NCBI GenBank assembly: GCA_944392885.1
Contig: CALXYG010000064.1
Coordinates: forward strand, 1-50,273
Direction: 5' to 3'
DNA length: 50,273 nucleotides
Source: an uncultured Clostridia bacterium
Lineage (GTDB): Bacteria; Bacillota; Clostridia; TANB77; CAG-508
The translations under genes and the position numbers were made by a program. The notes beneath the pieces are model-generated. The model was not told the origin of the DNA. It saw only the letters and a list, made by a program, of their open reading frames with translations, and ran no database searches. This document shows positions 22,756 to 32,400 of the stretch, in pieces; position 1 is the stretch's first letter, and each line of letters starts with the position of its first letter.

Positions 22756-23149
22756 ATGAAATGTTTAAAAATAGTAAGTATAATGTGTTTATTTATTATT
22801 TTATTTACAGTACCTAGTTTTGCGTCTTTAAATTGGAGCGATATTAAAGATGCAGCAGATAAATTTATATTAAGAGGTGAAAACGGAGGTGGAAGTTTAA
22901 TTAGTGGTTCAGATATGAATGCCTTAATAGAACGGACTTTCTAATATACTTACAACAATAGGTGTGACTATTGTGCTTGGAGGTATTCTTATTGTAGGAA
23001 TTAAATATATGACTGCCACTCCGGAAGAAGCAGCAAAACTTAAAACAAAACTAGTAGGACTCGTAATAGCAGGAATTGTTATTATTGGAGCATATGCAAT
23101 TTGGAGACTTGCTTATAATTTATTTTCTGGTATGACCGCATTGGGATAA
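22756..23149 (+). CDS. VirB2/TrbC-like pilin paralogue 4, in two frames joined at an in-frame CGG (C at 22933)
   Basis: ORF 22756-22944 supplies the signal peptide and variable part. ORF 22964-23149 supplies TM1, loop IKYMTATPEEAAKLKTK and TM2. Skipping C22933 (ata gaa C gga ctt tct aat) gives a continuous ALIE-G-LSNILTTIGVTIVLGGILIVGIKYM. Confidence 0.6.
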
Positions 23150-23180
23150 AATATTATAAATAATTACGAAGGAGGAATTT

Positions 23181-23531
23181 ATGGGAACATATTATATACC
23201 ACGTAATGTAAAAGGGGAATCAAGAATTCTATACATATTTTCAGTGAAATCACTTATCACCACATTAATAGGTGGTGCAGTTGGGTTAATTTTTTATTTA
23301 ATTTTCTTATTGTGTGGATTAGAGGCTATGGGTTGGATCTCCATTGGATTTTTTGGACTTATAGGCTTTATATGTGGAACTGTAAAAATACCAACAATAG
23401 CAGGTGTACCAGTTACTAAGAAAATTGGTGGAGAGTCAATTGACCAAATTATTTTGCGCTATATAAAATTTAAAAATAATCGCAAAATTTATGTGTATAC
23501 AAAGGAGGAAAAGAAAAATGGAACTAATTAA
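23181..23531 (+). CDS. PrgI-family / VirB3-like small membrane protein
   Basis: The YYIPRNVKGESRILYIFSVKSL N-terminus followed by two TM helices is the pattern of the PrgI/Orf17/ConD class. It lies immediately upstream of the VirB4-like gene region. Confidence 0.6.
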   Translation: MGTYYIPRNVKGESRILYIFSVKSLITTLIGGAVGLIFYLIFLLCGLEAMGWISIGFFGLIGFICGTVKIPTIAGVPVTKKIGGESIDQIILRYIKFKNNRKIYVYTKEEKKNGTN

Positions 23532-24660
23532 TATGCTTACCATTATTTTATTAATATTTATTTTTATTGCACTTGCTCTATTTGGTATTTACCTTATTAT
23601 GGTGTTTCGTGGTAGAAAGAAACGAGAGGAAGTAGAAAAAAAACCGGAGGAAGAGAATAATACATTTAATGGAATACCAAAAGAATCTATTTATAGTTTT
23701 ATGGAATTTGATGAAATTAAGGATGGAATGATTGTACGTAAAAATGGACAGCAATATGTTATGGTTATTCAATGTCAAGGGGTAAATTATGATTTACTAT
23801 CTGAACAAGAAAAAATTGCTGTAGAAGAAGGATTTGTACAATTACTAAACACATTAAGGTTTCCAATTCAGCTATATATACAAACAAGAAGCTTAAACTT
23901 AAGGGATATTGTAGAAGAATACAGACATAAAGTAGATACATTTCGTAAGCAAATAGAATTAATCGATTTAAAAATGAAAGAGGCAACAGATAGAGGAGAA
24001 CAAAAAATAGTAGAGAGACTAGAATACGAAAGAAGAAGAAAAAACAATGTTCTAGAATATGGTATGGATATAACAGACTATGTAGCTAGATTAAGTTCAA
24101 ATAAGAATGTATTACAACAAAAAACATATATTGTTGTTTCATATTATTCTTCTGAATTTGGATCGATAGGAACATATGGAAAAGATGAAATTAGTAATAT
24201 TTGTTTTTCAGAATTATATACAAGGTGTCAATCTATCATAAGATTACTTGCTTCTTCAGAAGTAGGTGGCAGAATTTTAGATTCAGAGGAATTGGCAGAA
24301 TTGCTTTATGTGGCATACAATCGTGATGGTTCAGAAACATTACAATTATCAAAGGCTTTAGATGCTCAATATGATGCACTGTATAGTACATCAAAGGACG
24401 TATTAAAAAAGAAAATGGAAATATTAGATCGTGAGATTGAAGAACAGGCAGTTGATATTGTAACAGATACCTTAATAGATGCAGACAAAAAAAGAAGTGA
24501 AACTGAAGAAGAAGAGAAAATGAGGATGTTACAAGAAAAATCACTAGAACTATTAGAAGAGTATAAAGATAGTATTGATCCTGAAATTTTTGAAGAGGCG
24601 AAACAAGAAGTTAAGAGAAGAACAAGAACTAAAAGCAAAAAAGCAAATACAAAAGAGTAA
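23518..24660 (+). CDS. Membrane-anchored protein of unknown function with a coiled-coil, acidic C-terminus
   Basis: ATG 23518 lies 8 nt after AAAGGAGGA and overlaps the upstream stop by 14 nt. One N-terminal TM helix. The soluble part (FMEFDEIKDGMIV..YVMVIQCQGVNYDLLSEQEKIAVEEGFVQLLNTLRFPIQLYIQTR) resembles the non-ATPase N-domain pattern of VirB4 proteins. No Walker motifs. Confidence 0.5.
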   Translation: MELINMLTIILLIFIFIALALFGIYLIMVFRGRKKREEVEKKPEEENNTFNGIPKESIYSFMEFDEIKDGMIVRKNGQQYVMVIQCQGVNYDLLSEQEKIAVEEGFVQLLNTLRFPIQLYIQTRSLNLRDIVEEYRHKVDTFRKQIELIDLKMKEATDRGEQKIVERLEYERRRKNNVLEYGMDITDYVARLSSNKNVLQQKTYIVVSYYSSEFGSIGTYGKDEISNICFSELYTRCQSIIRLLASSEVGGRILDSEELAELLYVAYNRDGSETLQLSKALDAQYDALYSTSKDVLKKKMEILDREIEEQAVDIVTDTLIDADKKRSETEEEEKMRMLQEKSLELLEEYKDSIDPEIFEEAKQEVKRRTRTKSKKANTKE

Positions 24661-24676
24661 AGGAGGAGACCAATAG

Positions 24677-26644
24677 ATGAAAAAAGAAAAAAGGAAGAAT
24701 GAAATAAAAGCAGAAGTTGTAAAAAGTACTTATCAGACAGAAGAAATAATAAGGGGTAATATGAAGAATTTGAAGGATTTAATTGCACCTTCTGGAATTG
24801 ATGTTAGTCATACTAATGATATGGAAATTGTTTCAAATAAAACAAGGTATGTACGAAATATGATTGTTGCAACTATTCCAAGAATGTGTACATTTCCAGA
24901 ATTTTTAAGAGGTATGTATACATTTGGAGATGTTAATATTTCAGTATTTATTAATCCAATAAGTGAAAGTACTTCACAAACAGAGTTAAATAGAACAATT
25001 AATGAATTAGAGTCAGAAAGATTAGTTGCTTTTGATAGAGGAGATATAAATCGTGAGAGAATATTAGCACAAAAAAGAGCAGAAGCAGAAGAATTACGTG
25101 ATGAAATAGCAGCAGGATTTAATAAATTATTTTCATCTAGTATTATATGTACATTATTTGCTTATAGTATGGAAGAATTGGATAAATATACAGAAATGTT
25201 ATCAGCAGAAATGTCAAAGACTTTAATTGGAGTTAAATCAGCATGGGCAATGCAAGAAGAGGCATTCAAGTCAAATATGCCATTTTGTGATAATAAAGTG
25301 AAGAAAGAACATACATTTGATAGGCGATCTATGGCAACTGTATTTCCATTTTTTACTTCAGATGTTGGACATGAAAGTGGGATTCCTCTAGGGTTTAATA
25401 GGCAAACAGGTTTGCCAGTATTGTTTGATAATTTTAGTCCAACACTTTCTAATTATAATATGGTTATTTTTGGTAAATCTGGTGCGGGCAAGGGTGTTAC
25501 AATAAAAACATTAACATCTCGCTCAGCTGTTTTAATGGGAATAGAAAGTTTGGCCTTAGATGCAGAAGGCGAATATGGTGTAGTTGCAGAAGCATTAGGA
25601 GGAGTAAATGTAACAATTAGTCCAAATTCAAATACAGTTATTAATTTATTTGACATAGAACCAGAAGTAGTAAAAGATGAAATTACAAGTAAAGAGCGAA
25701 CCATGTTAAACGTAGAAAATAAAGTTGAAGACGTAACTCAAGCTCTTTTAACAATGGCTCGTGGAAGTACTAGAAGTACTGAAGTAAATGAACTTACAAA
25801 GCAAATTATTGCTGAATCTGTTGCACAAGAATATGCGGCAATTGGTATTACTAATAATGTTGAGAGCTTATATGTAGATAATAATATTAGGAACAATGAC
25901 TATTTGGGAAGAAAGAAAAAAGATATGCCAACAATTGGGTCCTGGTATCGAAGATTATTAAATAATGCACAGAGCAATGATAACCCTGATTATAGATTTC
26001 ATTATAGTTATTTAACAAAGGTAATGAGACAGTATATTAGAGACTATGATGGACAGATGGCATATTTTGATGGACAATCAACTTTTGAATTACTAGATGG
26101 GGTACCATTTATTAACTTAGACATATCTCAACTTGAGGAAAGATTTGCAAGACCTCTTGCACAACAAATATTGCTTTCTTGGATTTGGGAAAAATATGTT
26201 AAAAAGAATAGTGAGGATAGGGAAAAGGCTGCAAAGAAAAGGGTGCTAATAGATGAGGCTTGGATGTTACTCCCATATCCAGAAGCTGTGGACTTTTTAA
26301 ATACAATGGCAAGACGCGCAAGAAAAAGAAATGTTTCATTGGCAGTAATGTCACAAAAGTTTCAAGATTTTTATGAAAAACCAGAAGTACAAGCTGTACT
26401 TACATCATCTGATACAAAGTTATTTTTAGCACAGGACAAATCAGAAATTCAATATATTAAAGAAGTGTTTAAATTAAGTGAAGGAGAGGCATACTTTTTA
26501 ACAACTTGTAACAGAGGAGAAGGACTATTAAAGGTAGGAGAAGATACTGCCATTATTGCAATTAAACCAACTAAGAAAGAGTTTGAATTCGTAGAAACAA
26601 ACCAGAATAAATTAGCTGAAATGAAGAAGGAAAAGCAAAAATAG
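24677..26644 (+). CDS. virB4: VirB4-class T4SS ATPase (PrgJ/TcpF/Orf16-like)
   Basis: Walker A MVIFGKSGAGKGVT, Walker B KRVLIDEAWMLL, SLAVMSQKFQDF. N-domain pattern IAPSGIDV..MIVATIPRMCTFPEFLRGMYTFGDVNISVFINP. Confidence 0.85.
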   Translation: MKKEKRKNEIKAEVVKSTYQTEEIIRGNMKNLKDLIAPSGIDVSHTNDMEIVSNKTRYVRNMIVATIPRMCTFPEFLRGMYTFGDVNISVFINPISESTSQTELNRTINELESERLVAFDRGDINRERILAQKRAEAEELRDEIAAGFNKLFSSSIICTLFAYSMEELDKYTEMLSAEMSKTLIGVKSAWAMQEEAFKSNMPFCDNKVKKEHTFDRRSMATVFPFFTSDVGHESGIPLGFNRQTGLPVLFDNFSPTLSNYNMVIFGKSGAGKGVTIKTLTSRSAVLMGIESLALDAEGEYGVVAEALGGVNVTISPNSNTVINLFDIEPEVVKDEITSKERTMLNVENKVEDVTQALLTMARGSTRSTEVNELTKQIIAESVAQEYAAIGITNNVESLYVDNNIRNNDYLGRKKKDMPTIGSWYRRLLNNAQSNDNPDYRFHYSYLTKVMRQYIRDYDGQMAYFDGQSTFELLDGVPFINLDISQLEERFARPLAQQILLSWIWEKYVKKNSEDREKAAKKRVLIDEAWMLLPYPEAVDFLNTMARRARKRNVSLAVMSQKFQDFYEKPEVQAVLTSSDTKLFLAQDKSEIQYIKEVFKLSEGEAYFLTTCNRGEGLLKVGEDTAIIAIKPTKKEFEFVETNQNKLAEMKKEKQK

Positions 26645-26698
26645 TAAATTGAAGGATTAACTTTAAATAGCAATGATACAATAGAGAAAGGAGATACC

Positions 26699-27880
26699 AT
26701 GAAGAAACCTATCGCGATTTTATTAATCTTTATATTTTTATCTACCACCATATTGCAAAATCGCGTATGGGCAACTGACTTAGAATCATTTAACAAGATT
26801 TCAAATGGAATTGTAGATGTAGACGGTGTACAAACATCTGTGAAAATGACAACTGGTACAAACAATTTAATTGGAACAGTATTAACCTATATTGTTTATG
26901 CTATACCTTTGGTAATCAGCTCCTTGCTGGCACTGGCAATTCAACCAGATACAGGAATAAAAGTACAGCTATTTACAATTGAAGATTTATTGTTTGGGCG
27001 ATATGAGTTATTTGATATTGACTTTATGAATGTTGCAGAACATACGGAAGTAGGAGAACCAGCATATATGTCTAGCAACACAAATGTGCTTGTTAAGCAA
27101 AATGTAGCAAAATGGTTTTATGCAATGAGGAATTTTGCTATTGTATCATTACTTGCTGTTCTAATTTACATTGGAATATTAATGGCAATTTCTACTATAG
27201 CATCAGAAAAAGCGAAATATAAAAATATGTTAATTCATTGGGTTGCTAGTTTTGTTTTATTGATGTTATTACCATATATTATGGTAATAGCAATGAACGT
27301 TTGTGATATTAGTGTAGGAATTATACGAACTGTAGCAGAAAATACAAAAATTGTGGGGCAACCAGCAAATACAAATATAGAAACACAACAAGGTTTAAAT
27401 TTTGAAACTACTCTGCTTTATGGAAAAATTGACGAAAATGGAAATGGGTTTGAAGGATTAATGACAAAAATTGCTAAAGGTAATAGTTGGGAGAGCTTTA
27501 CACTCGCAGTTGTTTTTTTAATATTATCTTTTTATCAGTTAAAGTTTTTTTTCATGTATTTGAAAAGGATGTTAACTGTTGGACTTTTAGTAGTTGTATC
27601 ACCACTTATTACAATTACATATTCTATTGACAAAGCAGGTGATAACCAAGCACAAGCTTATAAAACATGGATGAAGGAATTTCTAGTTAATTTATTTATT
27701 CAACCATTGCATGCATTACTATTTTTAATCTTTATGTATTCTGTATATGGAATTATGGAAAGAGCACCACTACTTGCTATTATCTTTTTGGCAGCACTTT
27801 CAAGAGGAGAGCAATTAGTAAGAATGATTTTTAAAATTGAAAGAACAGCAAGTGTTAGACGATTAAAAAGAAAAGGGTAA
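26699..27880 (+). CDS. VirB6-like polytopic membrane protein, paralogue 1 (shortest, 393 aa)
   Basis: Signal peptide and at least 6 TM helices. Block A is VAKWFYAMRNFAIVSLLAVLIYIGILMAISTIASEKAKYKNML. Block B is YLKRMLTVGLLVVVSPLITITYSIDKAGDNQAQAYKTWMKEFLVNLFIQPLHALLF. Both blocks are shared with four downstream genes. Confidence 0.6.
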   Translation: MKKPIAILLIFIFLSTTILQNRVWATDLESFNKISNGIVDVDGVQTSVKMTTGTNNLIGTVLTYIVYAIPLVISSLLALAIQPDTGIKVQLFTIEDLLFGRYELFDIDFMNVAEHTEVGEPAYMSSNTNVLVKQNVAKWFYAMRNFAIVSLLAVLIYIGILMAISTIASEKAKYKNMLIHWVASFVLLMLLPYIMVIAMNVCDISVGIIRTVAENTKIVGQPANTNIETQQGLNFETTLLYGKIDENGNGFEGLMTKIAKGNSWESFTLAVVFLILSFYQLKFFFMYLKRMLTVGLLVVVSPLITITYSIDKAGDNQAQAYKTWMKEFLVNLFIQPLHALLFLIFMYSVYGIMERAPLLAIIFLAALSRGEQLVRMIFKIERTASVRRLKRKG

Positions 27881-27892
27881 TAGGATGGTGAT

Positions 27893-29464
27893 ATGATGCA
27901 GAAAAAAAGATATAAAAATGCAAAAAAAATAGGAATTATATTTGGTTTAATAATTCTTGTTATAATATTAATACGCATTATAATACAAATTTTGACATTT
28001 CAGCAAGACAGTGAGTCAATTATGCCATCTAATATTTCTTCGATTGAGGACTTACTAAAATATTATGATTGTAAGGACATAAAAGTCGTGACATCAACAG
28101 ATGAACCATTTAGAAAAGATATATATGTAACATTTGGAAGAGATTTATTAACAGAAGAAAGAACCAATCAGGACTATTATAACAGCATTATATTAAATAT
28201 AACTGAGTTAATGAACAATCAAAGTTATAGGTTTATTGATTCTAGTAGAGAATTAGTAGTGGCAGTGATTATTGATGAGAAAAGTAAAAAGATAGAAAAT
28301 ATATACATAAATGGAGAATTAAATTATTTTGAAAAAGAAAAATCAAAAATACAAGCTACTAAATTTGAAAAAGAAAAGATAACAGAGATGACAATACAAG
28401 CAGATGAAATAAACAAATTTATAACAAACAATTGGGTAGCAGGTAGTGTAAACTTAGGAAGTGTTGAAAGCAGATGTGATGAATATGATATTTATTTTGA
28501 TGAAGGTTTAGAACTAAAGACATTGGGAGGTAAAGTTTATAATCTTATTTTTACACTAAATTATAAAAGTGAAATAATAAATAATTTAGGGGTAAACAGC
28601 AGTCAAACAGATATCATTGAAAAAATGGGAGAACCAACATTCAGGTATGAAAGCATGATTGGCTACAAAGGAGAAGAGTGTTATGTTTTTTTCCTCAATG
28701 ATCATGTTTCAGTATATCCAAGAGCAAAAGATTATCAAACTGATGAGTTTTTACTATTATTGAATAATTTTCAAGAAAATAAGGATGCTAAACAATTTGT
28801 AACAGAACTTTCAAGCTTATGGAAAGACTACAATAAATTTGATTATGATGTAGATTATATTGAATTAGAATATGCAATAAAAGGAATTTGTGTTCAATTT
28901 GATGTAGGTGAAGAAAATGGTATTATCCTTTACAATAACTATGAAGGACATGTTGGAAAAGATTTAACATTAGAAAACCTAACATATGATAATTTACCAA
29001 ATCAAGTTTATCTACATACAAATGAGGATTTAGTAAATTTAAGGGAAATAGATCGAATGACTATTAGAGAATCATATTACTTAGAAGAATATATAACAAT
29101 GAAAGATGAAAATGATTATAAGGAAGAAGCAGCTGGAATAAGTTACCGTTTTACTGAAAATATAAGTGAAAAGTATGAATTAATTTACCAATATGAAACT
29201 GGAAAAGGTATTCGAGATGTGAAATTTATTTCTAAAAACCAAACAGAGCCAAATTCAGAACTTATTAGGCATAAACAAATTTATACATATGGCTGGTTAA
29301 ATGATGATGAGTTCTTATATTCTGTAAAAGGAGAGGGAATTTTCTGCTATAATGCAAGTACTAGAAAATTAACAGCTATTATAACAGGTACAGAAGAATA
29401 TAAAATAAATAAAGTAATAGAAAATATTATATTTTATGACGAAACAACACTAGAAATGAAATAA
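27893..29464 (+). CDS. Membrane-anchored extracytoplasmic protein of unknown function
   Basis: One N-terminal TM helix (IGIIFGLIILVIILIRIIIQIL), then about 480 aa with no motif I recognise. Tightly packed in the operon. Confidence 0.6.
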   Translation: MMQKKRYKNAKKIGIIFGLIILVIILIRIIIQILTFQQDSESIMPSNISSIEDLLKYYDCKDIKVVTSTDEPFRKDIYVTFGRDLLTEERTNQDYYNSIILNITELMNNQSYRFIDSSRELVVAVIIDEKSKKIENIYINGELNYFEKEKSKIQATKFEKEKITEMTIQADEINKFITNNWVAGSVNLGSVESRCDEYDIYFDEGLELKTLGGKVYNLIFTLNYKSEIINNLGVNSSQTDIIEKMGEPTFRYESMIGYKGEECYVFFLNDHVSVYPRAKDYQTDEFLLLLNNFQENKDAKQFVTELSSLWKDYNKFDYDVDYIELEYAIKGICVQFDVGEENGIILYNNYEGHVGKDLTLENLTYDNLPNQVYLHTNEDLVNLREIDRMTIRESYYLEEYITMKDENDYKEEAAGISYRFTENISEKYELIYQYETGKGIRDVKFISKNQTEPNSELIRHKQIYTYGWLNDDEFLYSVKGEGIFCYNASTRKLTAIITGTEEYKINKVIENIIFYDETTLEMK

Positions 29465-29481
29465 AAAGGAAGGGTTTAGTT

Positions 29482-32400
29482 ATGAGATTACTGAGAAATG
29501 TAATTATAATCATATTAACTTTAATAATTCTCGTGCAAATACTATCCCCTTATGCATATGCATTGGAAGAAAGTACAATAACAGGAGATAACCTTGTGGG
29601 ACTTTCAACTGAGCAACAAGGTTATCTGAGTGCGTATATACGTGCTTATTTTTCAGAAACTCTTAAATACTATGGAACTTATAATGTAGCAGCTCATAAA
29701 TACAGTATAAGCGGAAATCATTCAGGTATTTATTATCAAAATGATGAAGAAAAATTAGATGCTTCAGATATAAAACAAATGTATGTTTCATGTGCTTCAC
29801 TTTGTGCAGGTTTATTGCATCAGGCAACAGGAGCTGACATTTGGGATCCAGAGACGGGCCGAGGTGGAAATATTCGAGGAACCGGTTTTTTTAATCCATC
29901 AAGAGGTAACTTTAATAGGGTACCAGATGATGAACCATTACAACCTGGTGATGTTATCACAGGGTCTGGTTATCACTGGCATGCTATGTTATATATAGGA
30001 ATGGATGCAGATGGAAATCACCAGATAATCCATACAAATGGAGCCCCTTATGTTTTTGGTATCGATAATATGGTTGGGTGTGACAGGTATAAAGGACAAG
30101 CAATAACACCAGCTATGATCAGAGCTGCTGGTGGAACAGCTAATTCTAACGGATCAACTGTACAAAGATATGGAACAGTATCTAGAATAAAACCAGAAAA
30201 ACTAGATCCAAATTGGACACCTGAAAAACCAAAGATAATTCGATGGCCAAATGGAGTTATTTCAACATGGGATGGGGAATTCACAAGTGTAATGGGAGTT
30301 GAAACAACAGGTTTTTTATATTATTCAGGAATTGCAAATCCTATTGGAAGTTTGGGAACTTCTAGAACAAACATATTTGAAAAAATAATAGATTTTTTTG
30401 GAGATGTTGTTGATTATATTATTGGACTGATAACAGGAATACTTAGAATCCCATTTATTGGAATAACTAATACGGTACAAACATGGATATCGCAAGCAGT
30501 AGAAGTTGTTTCAAAGCAGGAATCTGAAGGACCACTTACACTAGAAAAAATAGTATTAAATCAAGTACCAATCTTTGATGTAAATTTATTTAATATGAAT
30601 GAGGCTGGTGGAGTAGAACTAACATCAGAGAGCAATACAGGAAATGCAGATAATATTATTCTTACTCTAAGAGAAAATGTAGCAGGCTGGTATTATGCCT
30701 TCCGAAATTTTGTAATAGCTGCTCTACTTATTGTTCTCATATATTTGGGTATCCGAATTGCAATTACAAATATTGCAGAAGAAAAAGCTCAATACAAAAG
30801 GATGTTAGTAGACTGGTTTATAAGCTTTTTTATGGTATTGTTTATTCACTATTTTATACTAATAGTATTATGGGTAAATGATTTCTTTATAGGAATTTTT
30901 ACAAAAATAATAGAAAATGCAGAAATGGGAAATTTTTACCAATCTGTATTAGATATGGCATATAATGTAAACTTCACAGAAGGCTGGTATGGAACTATTT
31001 TATATATGGCACTTGTTTGGTACATGATAAAATATGCTTGGAAATATATCAAAAGATTATTAAGTGTTTTTATTTTAATTATATTATCACCGCTTGTGGC
31101 AATTAGCTATGCACTTGATAAAATTAGGGATAATCGTTCACAGTCACTTGGAAGGTGGTTAAAAGAAATTGCTTTTACAATATTAATTCAATCTGTACAT
31201 GCGCTTATTTACACTGTATTTTTAGCTGGAATTGTAAGCCAAATTATAAAAGAAACAAATATATTAAATATGATTGGTACATGTGTATTTTTAATTATTG
31301 GAATTAAATTTATGGATGCGGTAGAAGATATTTTTGAAAATATTTTTGGATTTAAATCTTCCTCAGCATTAAAAGAAGTAATGGACTCTGCATTTGAAGT
31401 GTTTGCTACATATAAAATAGCTTCTAGATGGATTAGAAGAGGTGCAAAACTTACAACAGCGACAGCCAAGGTAGCAGGTAAAGCTGCAGGTGTGGTTGTA
31501 GGGAAACCAATTGTTGCAGGAGTTAAAAAGATTGGCGAAAATAACAAAACAGTTAGAAATTGGCTAGAAGGAATAGAAGCTGTAAAAAAGGGATATCAAG
31601 AAGAAATGTCTGGAACTCAGATTACTGAAAATAAGAAAGCATATAGCAACATAAACAATGCAATAAACCTAGAACGAGCAAAATATGAAAAAGCAAGAAG
31701 ATCTAGTAGAACTTATGCAACACAAGCCATGAATGTTTCTATCGCAACTGTAAAAAACACAGGAAAAGGAATGGCAATGTTTTTTACAAGCCCAGCTGCT
31801 GCGGTATCATATATAATTGCAGGAGGGTTAACTGCCAAATCTTTTGGAAGAATATTTTCTAGAGGGGTAAAAGGTTTCAAAAGGGATGTACGTCAGACTT
31901 TTAAAGGACATGACAGAGGAAAAATCAGGCTGCTAAAAGGACAATTAAACAGTGAAATTAAATTACGAAATGATATTAGCGATTTATATAATCAACCAGA
32001 TGGAGTATTAAACAATACTAATACCGAGCCTAAGGAACAAAAAAGAATAGAGAATCTTCAAAAAGCATTAAACATAAAATTAGCACAAGCAAGTAAAATC
32101 GTAAGTAAAGAAAAAGTAAGTAGAGCAGTTAATAGTTACATAATGAGAAAAAATAAACTTGGAAATGAACAAATGCCACAAAGAAGAAATAGTAATGAAC
32201 AAACAAATCTATTAACTATTCAATCAGTAGTAGATGTAGCAAAAAACATACATACACAGGACGAGAATATTAAAATAAACAACACTCAACTTGTTAATCA
32301 CTTTAAAGAAGAATTACAAAGAGCAATTTTAAATCGTGAAACTGGAAAACCTGAAGTATTAAAAATAAAATTTGGAGAACAACTTCAAAAGGACATAAAA

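Noticed and set aside
24677-26644. Whether the single ATPase could be the coupling protein (VirD4/TcpA) rather than VirB4.
   Set aside because: It has no N-terminal TM helices. The N-domain pattern, the position after a PrgI-like gene, and the Walker A/B context (GKSGAGKG ... LIDEAW) fit the VirB4 class.
29783-29998. A + strand ORF in an alternative frame inside the NlpC/P60-like region of 29482-32841, plus other internal or antisense ORFs in the T4SS genes (for example 25453-25704, 26449-26865, 31209-31547, 36429-36929, 43662-43895).
   Set aside because: They are fully embedded in longer ORFs that carry paralogue-conserved blocks. They have no SD and no independent conservation signal.
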